Positions 29,225 to 38,767 of a stretch of DNA of 64,000 bases are shown here, piece after piece (position 1 is the stretch's first letter; each line of letters opens with the position of its first letter). This DNA is from an uncultured Chthonomonadaceae bacterium (lineage in GTDB: Bacteria > Armatimonadota > Chthonomonadetes > Chthonomonadales > Chthonomonadaceae): contig CAWFQB010000005.1 in the NCBI GenBank assembly GCA_963817895.1, positions 384,001 through 448,000 on the forward strand. Direction: 5' to 3'. The translations under genes and the position numbers were made by a program. The notes beneath the pieces were generated by a model, which was given only the letters and a program-made list of their open reading frames with translations, was not told the origin of the DNA and ran no database searches.

Positions 29225-31018
29225 ATGGACTGGCATGAAACCGACCCGCTGCCGTTGCGCGACCCGCAATCGCCGCTCACGCTGAATACAGAGGAGACTA
29301 CGGAAACGGCGGCAACCCCGACGGTTCCTTTCGCGCCACCTGCGGGAAGCAGTTTCGCGTCTCAACCGGCTGCTCTCTGGCATGACATGGCGCAGGGCGA
29401 AAATCGGGAGGCAGGGTCGGCGCAGGCGTTCCCGTACCCGCATCCGATCTATCAATCACCCGTACCCTCTTTTGGCTTACAGTCCCCCGCCAATTCCCAT
29501 ATTCCCCTTGTTGCGCCGCCCGCTTCCGCGTTCGCGCCCGGAACCGTATCGCAAATGCCCTCCGAAACAATGGCGCAGACCGAAACGGTCAACGCGGTCA
29601 TCTGGCAGAAACTGTCGCATCTGGTGCATACGCCGCCGCGCTATGACGGCTTATGGCCTGTTCTGACGTTTGTGGCGAGCGTCGGCCTGTTCGCGTCCCT
29701 GATTTCCGCGAACGTCTGGATGCTGCTGCCCTGGCTGCTGCTGCTCGGCGCATCCCTGAAAATCAACCGCGTCCATGCCGTCAAGGAGCATACCCGCGAC
29801 GCGATCAACATGGCCCCCTTCGATTTGCGCTGGGTCGGGCCACTGGCGCAGGCCATCAACTCGCCGCACAACCGCGTACAGGGCGTGTCCTCGCAAATTC
29901 TCAGCCACCTGCTGCCGCATCTGCGCCCTACAGACGCAGACCTGCTGAACCCGCAGCAGCGGGCCGCGCTGAACCAGAGATTGATCGAGAACAAGCCGCG
30001 CGACAGCGATCTGAACGTCGCCATTCTGGCCGCTTGGGAGAACATAGGCGATCAGGAATCGGTTGCTTATGTGGATCGGCTGGCGCATGGATGGGCGTGG
30101 CCGGGCGGTCAGAAGCAGGTGCAGGAAGCCGCCCAAAAATGCCTGCTCACATTGGAAAAACGGCTGGAAGCGGAACAGGGGACGCGCGTTTCCCATGTCG
30201 AAGCGATTGCCGAAGAGAAAGCGGAAAACACGGTTCAAACGGCGGGAACGCGGGCGGTCAACAAAAAGGTCAGCGAACAGCTTGAAAAACTGGATGAAGA
30301 GCGCCGCAAGCACAGCAACCCCGGAATGCGAATGGGATTTCTGATCGCGTCGTGGGTGTTCATTGTGCCTTTTACCGCGTGGATGGCCTACACGACCTTC
30401 AATACAAACTGGAAACTGGGCGCTTCATGGGCGGTTTTGAGCCTTATTTCCACCCAACTGCACCGCCTCACCCTGTCCCTGCGCCAGTCCGAAGAGGCCA
30501 AAAAACTGGCGCAAATGAACGACGTGCGGGGCGTGGGAACACTGGCCGAAGCGCTGGAATGGCCCGATGCAAGCACACAGCGCGTGGCGGCGGCGGCTTT
30601 GACGCGCCTGCTTCCCCGCATGACCGCGTCCGATGGCACTCTGCTCAATTCCAGACAACGCGCGATTTTGTACAACATCCTGCGCAAGCGCAACGCGCGC
30701 TCACAGGAACCGCTTATCAAAGCCATTCTGGAGGCGCTGAAGCAGATCGGCGACCATGCCGCCATTCCCGCCGTTGAGCGATTGACAGACCTGCCCGCAA
30801 CCTCGCAGCGCAACATCAGAATACGTGATCTTGCCATTGATACCAGGCAATTTCTGGATACAACCGCGCAGCAGCAGAGCATCAGTTCCACGCTTTTGCG
30901 CGCGTCCTCCGCCCACGAAACCCCCTCCGAACTCCTGCTGCGCGGCGCGATGCTGAACCCCGATGAGGCCCCGCAACAACTCCTTCGCGCCAGCGTTTCG
31001 GAAGAGGGGAAGGGGTAG
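29225..31018 (+). CDS. Membrane protein with duplicated TM plus HEAT-like module
   Basis: Two repeats of TM pair + VGxLAxAL...LxxLLP...LLNxxQRAxL...AILxAxxxIGD; C-terminal LLRAS repeats. Confidence 0.75.
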   Translation: MDWHETDPLPLRDPQSPLTLNTEETTETAATPTVPFAPPAGSSFASQPAALWHDMAQGENREAGSAQAFPYPHPIYQSPVPSFGLQSPANSHIPLVAPPASAFAPGTVSQMPSETMAQTETVNAVIWQKLSHLVHTPPRYDGLWPVLTFVASVGLFASLISANVWMLLPWLLLLGASLKINRVHAVKEHTRDAINMAPFDLRWVGPLAQAINSPHNRVQGVSSQILSHLLPHLRPTDADLLNPQQRAALNQRLIENKPRDSDLNVAILAAWENIGDQESVAYVDRLAHGWAWPGGQKQVQEAAQKCLLTLEKRLEAEQGTRVSHVEAIAEEKAENTVQTAGTRAVNKKVSEQLEKLDEERRKHSNPGMRMGFLIASWVFIVPFTAWMAYTTFNTNWKLGASWAVLSLISTQLHRLTLSLRQSEEAKKLAQMNDVRGVGTLAEALEWPDASTQRVAAAALTRLLPRMTASDGTLLNSRQRAILYNILRKRNARSQEPLIKAILEALKQIGDHAAIPAVERLTDLPATSQRNIRIRDLAIDTRQFLDTTAQQQSISSTLLRASSAHETPSELLLRGAMLNPDEAPQQLLRASVSEEGKG

Positions 31019-31051
31019 GTTGTTAGGTCGTTAAGTTGTTAGGTTGTTAGG
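31016..31051. repeat. AGGTTGTT octamer run
   Basis: TAGGTTGTTAGGTCGTTAAGTTGTTAGGTTGTTAGG between convergent stops; reverse-complement relative at 18971-19003. Confidence 0.75.
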
Positions 31052-33612
31052 GTTTCAGGTTTGATGGGGCAAACGCCTGCAATTCGGCGCAGGAGGCGAA
31101 GTTTTGGGCGGGGTTGTCGCCGCAGGCGGGCTTGCCGACAATGCGGACGGCTGTTGCCGAGATGGGCGCAAACGATACGGTAAACGGCTGGCCGCTTTTC
31201 AAGCCTTTGGAGTTTGTCGCGGTTGTGGCGGGATACGTGTCCAGAGTGGCGACGGTTTTCCATTCGCCACCCGGCGCGGTTTGCGCCTGAACTTGCGGCT
31301 TTCCCGCCGAGGTATCGAACCAGCCGCCGTCGTGGAAGGTCTTGCCGTGCATGAACGTGACGCGGCTGACCAGAACCGGCTTGTCGGTTGTAACGGCGAA
31401 CCAGTCTTCCTCGGCTCTGCTATGGTTGTAAGTAACGGCGAACGTGCCGGCATCGTCGTCGGCAATGCTGTCGAACGTATTGCCGGTTCGCGACGCGCTC
31501 ATGGCCGCGCCGCTGAAGGCGGACAATCCGCCAACTGCCGCGTGTCCCGGCAGGGGTATCCACACCTCATAGCGGCTTTTGCCGTCCCCGCCCACGTCCG
31601 CATACGAAGCAAGCAGCAGGGGCGTGATCTCTTTTTGTCCCGCCACATGCCCCTCCACCGTATAAATCGGATAGGGCGAATTGCGGGTTTGGGCTGTGGG
31701 CAGCAGCTTGAAATTGGTCGGGTTGTCGGTTGCCAGTTCCAGCTTTTTCAGGGGCGCGGCATTGAGGGCCAGAATCCAGCGCGAGTACGAGCGGCCCCTT
31801 TGTAATCACGGCCCTGCCCTCGTTCTCGTGATCGCCCAACACCAGTTTTGTCGGAATGGTCAGGTTCAGTTCAATCTTGTCATTCTTTTTCCACGCCTGC
31901 GTGAGCGTGACGTACTGCGCCCCTTTCGCTAACGGTTCCAGCCGAACACTTTTGCCGTTGACGCGCAGCGACTCCACATTCGACCATGCGGGAACGCGCA
32001 AATGCAGCGGGAATTTCTGGCCGTTGAGGGAGGGCGCGACGGTCAATATGATTTGCCCATCCAGCGGGTAGCGCGTTTCCTGCGTGAGCGTGACGGTGAA
32101 GCGGGCGGGCATCTTTCCCGGCATAAAGCCGGGAGTAAAGGGAAACTTCGTGTAGCCTTCCAGTATCTCTGTGGCCGTGCCGCTGTTGTAGATATTCACG
32201 ACAAGGCCGCCGTCTTTACCGGTCATAGTGGCGAATTCGGGAATCAGGGCAATGCCGCGCGGCCCCGAAGAGTGGCAGCAGGTCGTGGCGGTATCGTAGG
32301 GTTTGTGGCCGTCAAGCGGCGTGTAGTACGCCCAATCGTCCCCGGTCGGCTTTTGCGCCCCAAGCAGATGATTGTAAACGGACTTTTCCAGTTGGTCGGC
32401 AAACTGCGCTTCCCCGGTCAGGCGCAGCAGTTCCAGATTCATCTGTTCCCACGTCACTGTCACGCAGGTTTCGCAAATGTTGGCGTTTTGCGCGTTGGGC
32501 AGGTTGAAACTCGTCCTGAAAATGCTCGAACGAGGACGCGCTTCCCGTAATATACAGCCGGTTAGCGACAATGTCTTTCCACGCCGTTCGCATGTCGTCC
32601 AGCAACCGCTTATCCCCGGTCACGCGGTACAACTCCAATAGCCCGTTGAAATTGGAGGTCATTTCGTAGGCTTTGGCATTGGCGACCTTGCGCACTGAGC
32701 CGGTTTTTTCCAGACTCGCCAGTATCGCGGGACCACCCGGCGCATCATAATGCCGAACGATGTACTCCGCGAACTGTTTGTAACGCGCCTCATCCGTCGC
32801 CCGGTACAGCAGCACAACCGCTTCCAAAACGCTGTCGGGAGCCATGCCCACATGCTCACCCGACTTGTTAATATCCCGTTGCCCCGCCCCATCCCCGAAC
32901 GTTTGTATCAGCAGATCGCCGATTTTGCGGCATGCGTTTAATACGGTGGTTGGTGGTTGGTGGCTGGTGTTAGGTTCCTGTAAGGATGAGGGATGAGGGA
33001 TGAGGGATGAATCTCTCCTGCACTTTTCCCTTTTCCCTTTTCCCTTTTCCCTTCCTCTGTCTCTTCCCTTTTCCCTTTTCCCTCTTCCCTACTGTATTGG
33101 TAATACGTGAGCAGGCCGAGCAGGTCGTATTTGTGAACCCAGACATCCCAGCTTGTCCAGCGTTTGTTAGTGGGGTAAGTGCCTAAATAGCCGTCCGGTT
33201 CCTGCGTTTTGAGCAGGCGGGCAACGACGCGATCCAGTTTGGTTTTCAGCGCGGCATCGCCCGTGTTCTGCCAGGCGAGCGTGGCCGCGTGGAGGAATTT
33301 GCCGACGTGTTCGCCCTGCCAGTCCTGATGCGGAGCGTTGCGCCGCTCAAAGCAGTCGAGCATGTCGTCTTCGTTGACGTTGAGCAGGCGAATCTTTTCG
33401 TTCCGGTCAATGCGCGGGCCGAGCATCCCGCCCGTCAGCCGGATTTGATCGGGCGGCAGGGGCGAAAACACGTCCTGAACCTGCGCGGTATGGGGCAGAG
33501 CCAATCCCGTCGGGTTCTGCTGCGCCCGCGTCAGCATGGGCGCAGCGGCAAGCCCGAAACTTAGAGCAAATGTAGATACCGCGCGAAAGCGAAGTTTATT
33601 TTTTAGCAGCAT
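31047..33612 (-). CDS. Secreted GH127 (beta-L-arabinofuranosidase-like) with C-terminal discoidin-like domain; several frameshifts
   Basis: WQGEHVGKFLHAA, QEPDGYLGTY, KAYEM, CETCVTVTW, YNHLLGAQ, TCCHSSGPRG, QETRYP, LRVPAWS across ORFs 32938-33612, 32312-32851, 31567-32571 and 31047-31658. Confidence 0.88.
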
Positions 33613-33620
33613 GGCGAATG

Positions 33621-34509
33621 TTAGTGCAGCAGTGAACCGGACGAGCCGGAATCTCGTCTGAATTTTGAAGGTTTTTTCCAGTTTGTAGGTGCGGCAGATG
33701 TCATCCAGCGCATCGTCGGCACTCCGAGCGGAATCATCGGCTTCCGAAGAGGCCGTACCCATCATGCCGGTCAGGGCGTTGAGCGCGTCGCCAGATTGCC
33801 CGCTGTTGGCCTGCGAAACGGCGTCATGCACCTTGTTGAACATGCCCTGAATTTTGCCCAGATGGTTGTAATACTTGTCGTGCAGTTCCACACACTCCTG
33901 CGGGGGGCGACGCGCCAGAAACGCCTGCGTCAATTTGTTCCACTCGTCGGACAGGTTGGCCGGGTTTTTGTTGATGTTGGGCAGGAACTCCGCCGACTTC
34001 TCATCATCCGTCGCCGCTTCCACCTCCTTCGCCATCATGCCCGCGTACTGACTGAGCGTGGCGGCAAGCTGCCGATGAATCAGACCCGCTTTGGTGCGCT
34101 CGACCTGCCGCACAAAGCGCAGATAATCATCAATATAGCTGTAATCGGCTTTGGGCGTGGGTTGCGTGGGCGGCGCAAGGATGGGAGTTTGCGGTTTGGT
34201 TTCCGCCGGGGCCTGTATCAGCGGGCCGGGGGCGCTTGTATTGGGAGCCTGTACCAGCCCGACCGCGTGGGTTTCGCCCGGTTTTTGCGCCAGCGAACTT
34301 TTCACCATCCAGCCGACGAGGGCAAGGACGGCAACCGCCAGCAGGCCAATAATGGCATACAGCGGACGCTGATTGTTTGCGGCGACCGGCATGGGAGCAT
34401 GCTGCGCGACAGGGGGCGCGTAGTTGGCGGCGGCATTAATGGGCGTACCGCAGCGCAGACAGAATTGAGATTGCCGGGGAACCTCGGCGGAACATCGCGC
34501 GCACTTCAT
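33621..34509 (-). CDS. Zinc-ribbon, single-TM protein (probable frameshift near 33655)
   Basis: MKCARC...FCLRCG, TM helix, helical C-terminus; alternative-frame ending DSGSSGSLLH* at 33621. Confidence 0.75.
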
Positions 34510-34836
34510 AGCCTTTTCCTCCTGCGAAACAAACGGGTGTGGCTCACCTCTAAGAAGACAGGGAAAACAGAAAAATTATAACCGTTGCAACATCATACCA
34601 CGAACCCGATTGCCTGTCAATCAGGCGGGGATTCGCCGCGTATCACCCTTCTATACGGCATATTTTGGAGAAATATTCAGCATTATGCCGGGTCTTCAGC
34701 AGGAACGCGCTTGCGTCCACAGAATGAGGGACTATTCCCGATGAATATGACGTTTCCCTGTCAACGTTTGAACAATCCAGTATCGGAGGTTACGCAATGC
34801 CACGCATCCTGCAAAGGCGCAGCAAGCCGCCATTTT

Positions 34837-34888
34837 GGGCGCAGCAAGCAGCGCCCCTACCTGCCTCTTCTAACTTGATGGTGTACCA
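34837..34888. repeat. GTAG-type REP-like palindrome
   Basis: GGGCGCAGCAAGCAGCGCCCCTACCT, identical to the copy at 24605. Confidence 0.75.
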
Positions 34889-34906
34889 GTCAAGACAGCA
34901 AAACAA

Positions 34907-34946
34907 CCGCCCTCCTGTTCCTTATAATAAGGAACAGGAGGGCGGC
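34907..34946 (-). terminator. Rho-independent terminator
   Basis: CCGCCCTCCTGTTCCTTA-loop-TAAGGAACAGGAGGGCGG; T-rich tail on the minus strand. Confidence 0.8.
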
Positions 34947-34977
34947 TAATATGGTTTTGCATTTGCCCGAACGGAGG

Positions 34978-36069
34978 CTACATGCGTTTGCGGCGGGCAA
35001 ATACGCCTGCGCCCGACAAGCCCATTCCCGCAAGCAGGGCGATTGCGCCCGGTTCCGGCACGTTCGCGCCTTGAACGTTCAGGTTGCCGGTGAACTTCAG
35101 ACCCTGCCCGAAATGCTCCTCAAAGCCATGCCCCGTCAGCGTGTTGGCAATGAGATTGCCCTCAAAAAGCTGATTCTGGTCCACAAACGCGCCTGGCGCG
35201 AGGATGGAACCCTCGAAAGCGCGGTTGTTGATGTCAATCTCCGTCGCGTCCGCGAAGTTCCATAGGATATGGGAGTAGTCGCTGTTGCTGATGTCATTGA
35301 CCAGCGAAAAGAAGGTTTTTGTCAACTGCGCGCCAGTCACGTTGATGACCAGCGTATCATTGCCGCTCAGGTTCTGCACATGGATATTGGTTCCGTTCGC
35401 GGTTGCCAGCGTGGCCGCGCTGACCTCGGAGAATTTCAGTTTGCCCGTACTCGTGGTCAAGCCCGTTTGGGTGGCCGTGTCAATGTACCAGTTGTTCTGA
35501 TCCTGCATGAAGATCGCGCCATGCCCCGCCGCCGACTCGGTCTTGAGCGTACTCGCCTGACTCAGCGAAAAAGTTTTCTGATTGGTGAACACGTTGGTAT
35601 CAACGGCGTAACTGTACCCCGATGGAGTCACGAGCGGGCTGCCGGTGTAGATGTGTCCGCCGCCATTGAGATTGACGGGATGCTGATTGGGATTATCCGG
35701 GGGCGTGATAGTGTTGAACACGTACACGTCGCCGCCGTTGAGAACATTGGGCGAGTTGAACACATTGAGGTTTTTGCCCACATAAATGGCGATGTTGCTT
35801 TGTGTGCCGAGCGAATTGTCCGTTTTTTTCAGGCCGCTAATGGAGCCGCCAACGACCGCGCCCATGTGTCCAATATTGGTGTTGTAGCCAGTCACGTTAA
35901 ATGTGCCGCCCACCGCAACCCCGCCCTCCGCCTCGCCCGCGTTCACCATCGCATCGCCGAAAGTAAACACGTTGAACGCATTTGCTGTGCCAAGCGAAGT
36001 TTGTGCCGAAGCAGACCCGCCGACAAGCGCCAGCAGCAGAGCGGGAAGCAGTCTTTTGCTCAAATTCAA
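34978..36069 (-). CDS. Choice-of-anchor A (collagen-binding-like) PEP-CTERM protein
   Basis: AFNVFTFGD, EGGVAVGG, VINVTG, ILWNFADA, EGSILAPGA, EEH; VPEPGAIALLAGMGLSGAGVFARRKR. Confidence 0.92.
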   Translation of the reverse strand: MNLSKRLLPALLLALVGGSASAQTSLGTANAFNVFTFGDAMVNAGEAEGGVAVGGTFNVTGYNTNIGHMGAVVGGSISGLKKTDNSLGTQSNIAIYVGKNLNVFNSPNVLNGGDVYVFNTITPPDNPNQHPVNLNGGGHIYTGSPLVTPSGYSYAVDTNVFTNQKTFSLSQASTLKTESAAGHGAIFMQDQNNWYIDTATQTGLTTSTGKLKFSEVSAATLATANGTNIHVQNLSGNDTLVINVTGAQLTKTFFSLVNDISNSDYSHILWNFADATEIDINNRAFEGSILAPGAFVDQNQLFEGNLIANTLTGHGFEEHFGQGLKFTGNLNVQGANVPEPGAIALLAGMGLSGAGVFARRKRM

Positions 36070-36528
36070 TTTCGTAATTCCCCATCACGGCGTCCCTTGC
36101 AGCAGACGCCGTTCGCGTGTAAAAATGCTATAAGCGCAGCCGCAATATAGCAATGATAGCAATCAAGCGCAAATACCAGACGCGCATTTCATGCGCCGGG
36201 GAGAGTATAACACGCCTTTCGTATCAGTGTCCAATGATTTCGCGAAAACACGCACAATTGCCAGAGTTTGTATGCAATTTTCATGTACAATCGCTAATGC
36301 GAGTACCAGCAAATTACGGAGAACAGGGTATCGCAGTATCCTGCCGCGCTTTGGAAAATGGATAGGAAGGCATCGTTGTCTGATCGAACAACGGTGTCTC
36401 AAAACGCAGAAAAGGCGCAAAGATACTGCGAGAACAGTAGCTTTGCGCTTTGTGAAGAGGGGATAGCAAACAGGGATTATTTAGCTTTGATAATCCGGCA
36501 GAGGGGCTTGACAGCGTTGCCGAAAGTT

Positions 36529-38022
36529 TCAGGAGGCGGGTTTCGTCTCGCTTTTCGGTTCGCTCTTTTTTGCGCCTCCGGGCGGCGTCCCCGCGCCGCG
36601 CAAATTTATGAACTTGCTTAACGTGTCGAACCAGAACGGAGCGCCGAGCGAAACCGCAAAAGCCGACAGCCCCAGCCCGATTGCCTTGAACAGCAGACCG
36701 CCCAGCAACCCCCGCAACAGGGCCAGGAAAATGACCGCTACAGATGTGGATTGAACATTTTCTTCAACTGCGGCGGGAATCGTCCAGGGAACGTGGCGGG
36801 GATCGTTTCGATCCAGGGACCACCCGAACGGCAATTGCAGCGTGTCGGCCTCCTTCTGAACCGTTTCGCGCAGTTGGACGAGATCAGGATTGCCGGTCTT
36901 TGTCTGAGAATCGACAGTCTTCTTCGCGGCTGCCGTAATGGAGTTGCGCAGTTCTTTGTCGCTGGACAGGCGATTGTAGAGCATCAGCGTGTCCACGTTC
37001 AGCAGTAACACGAACGCGATGGACAGGCACAACAATACCTTCTGCGTCCACCGCTTGTACCAGCCGCCGACCCGCTCCATGGAGTTGTTGTACCAGTCGC
37101 TGAGGTTCTTTTGAAACGTCTGGAGAAACACTTCCCCTTTAGTGGTCGCATTAGTGGTGGCATTTTCCAGCAGGGCTACGTCGCGGCTTGTTTTGTCCAG
37201 CAGCGACAGTAGCGACTCGCGCGTATGCCCCGGCGGAAGAGACTTGACGGCATTCTGGAGGTTCTCCAGCGCAGCGTCGACAGTGGCTTCCTTGCCCTTC
37301 GCGGCGGCAAGCCCCTCTTCCAGAAGCGTTTCCAGTTCCGGCACGAGCAGCAGATCATTCGCCACACGGCCCCGCGCATCGTAGAAGGTTTGTCCCGGCG
37401 AAGAGGAGCCGAACCGGGCCGCCAGATTCGCGAGGAAATTGGCGAAGCCGCCCCCGCCGGGCATTTGGGCGCGGGCAAATAGCAGGGCCTTCTTTAGTTC
37501 CTGATGGCTCTTCCGCAAATTGGTCCGGGCGGCGGCGATGGCTTGCGTATCTGAGGGCGAATTTTTCAGCGCGGCTTCCAGCGTTTTGTTCGCGTTCGTG
37601 ACCGTATCCGCTTTCACCTGAACCGCCTTGTACGCCGCTTTGCCCGGAGCGGAGAATTGCGCTTTGATGGCCTCCATAGGCTCCTTCAGGCGGTCTGTTG
37701 GTTTCGCGCCGTGCGCGCGGAGAATATTCATCAGCACGAGGGCAAACGTTTCGGGTTGCATGTAGGAGGGCAGGCGGTTGGGTTTGTCGGGGTTCGCCCC
37801 ATCCTGCGACGTGCCTTCCACCAGACCGTGACTGTATACAAGCTGCGCCAGTCCGGTGAAGGTGGGATCGTTGAGCAGGTTCCCGATGCCTTCAAACAGG
37901 TTTTTGCCGCGCTGATTGAGGAACGAGGCGATCCATTCGTTGACGGCGGTGCAGACCAGACTGATGAGCAGGTAGATGAAAATGATTCCGATAGCGATTT
38001 CGAGAACGTTGGAACCGAACAT
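36529..38022 (-). CDS. Uncharacterised membrane protein
   Basis: N-terminal TM LEIAIGIIFIYLLISLVCTAVNE; WYNNSMERVGGWYKR; C-terminal AVSLGAPFWFDTLSK. Confidence 0.8.
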   Translation of the reverse strand: MFGSNVLEIAIGIIFIYLLISLVCTAVNEWIASFLNQRGKNLFEGIGNLLNDPTFTGLAQLVYSHGLVEGTSQDGANPDKPNRLPSYMQPETFALVLMNILRAHGAKPTDRLKEPMEAIKAQFSAPGKAAYKAVQVKADTVTNANKTLEAALKNSPSDTQAIAAARTNLRKSHQELKKALLFARAQMPGGGGFANFLANLAARFGSSSPGQTFYDARGRVANDLLLVPELETLLEEGLAAAKGKEATVDAALENLQNAVKSLPPGHTRESLLSLLDKTSRDVALLENATTNATTKGEVFLQTFQKNLSDWYNNSMERVGGWYKRWTQKVLLCLSIAFVLLLNVDTLMLYNRLSSDKELRNSITAAAKKTVDSQTKTGNPDLVQLRETVQKEADTLQLPFGWSLDRNDPRHVPWTIPAAVEENVQSTSVAVIFLALLRGLLGGLLFKAIGLGLSAFAVSLGAPFWFDTLSKFINLRGAGTPPGGAKKSEPKSETKPAS

Positions 38023-38388
38023 GCGCTTCTCCTTCCACAGCAGTTTGTTGTTCATTACCTACAGGCCATCATTATACCTGCTGATTTTGTGTGATATGCT
38101 TGTGATTTTACACTGATTCTGCAACAAACGCGAAATTTACGGTATGTGGAGAAATCGTCGAAATAGTGGCAATGCAGCGCTTCCAGCCCGAAGTCTCGAT
38201 AGTTTATGCGGTTGTGTGTAGAGGCGTCGTGGCCTCGCGCGCGTTATGGCTGTCGGATGTGGACAGGCATCGGCTTCACCTCCCTTCCTTGTTTGTGGGG
38301 ACCGTATTCCGTTTTGGCAAGCAGGGTATATTAACATTGGGCGGCTTTTTAAGAAGTATGTCAATGCTGTTTTGGGGAAATATTTTGG

Positions 38389-38595
38389 AAGTTTCTACCC
38401 TCATCCGTCGGGGGCCACCTTCTCCCTGCAAGGGAGAAGCGTCAATTGTTCAATAGGCGGCTGAATGGGAGATTGGGAAACATATAAAGAAACCATACAC
38501 CGAAACAAAATTTATCGTCAACGCACCCGATGAATAGTTTAGCCTTCTCCCTTGCAGGGAGAAGGTGGGCGAAGCCCGGATGAGGGTAAAAACTT
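38389..38595. repeat. Inverted pair of about 50-bp palindromic repeats (REPIN/MITE-like)
   Basis: AAGTTTCTACCCTCATCCG...CCACCTTCTCCCTGCAAGGGAGAAG and its reverse complement ending at 38595. Confidence 0.8.
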
Positions 38596-38767
38596 TTGTT
38601 TACGTGAACCGTTTGCGCAGCCCTTGTTTCCTTTGCGCGTCACCGAAATTGGACAAGTATTCTTCGTTGTACGGATGGTCGGCAGGCCGTGCCATCCTCC
38701 GCAAATCGAGGTACACTAAATCAGCAATAATACAGCCGGTTGGCATGGGGGCAGGAGAGAGAGAATT

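Noticed and set aside
32938..34509. 523-aa ORF appearing to fuse a zinc-ribbon membrane protein to GH127
   Set aside because: GH127 has its own Met and signal peptide at 33612, and a 1-nt shift near 33655 gives the upstream gene a natural end (DSGSSGSLLH*). Probably an indel artefact.
36205..36234. Fourth copy of the SARP-like box before the choice-of-anchor gene
   Set aside because: Only one CTGATACG unit and a 10-nt gap; fits an ordinary sigma70 promoter (TGGACA-N18-TATACT) better.
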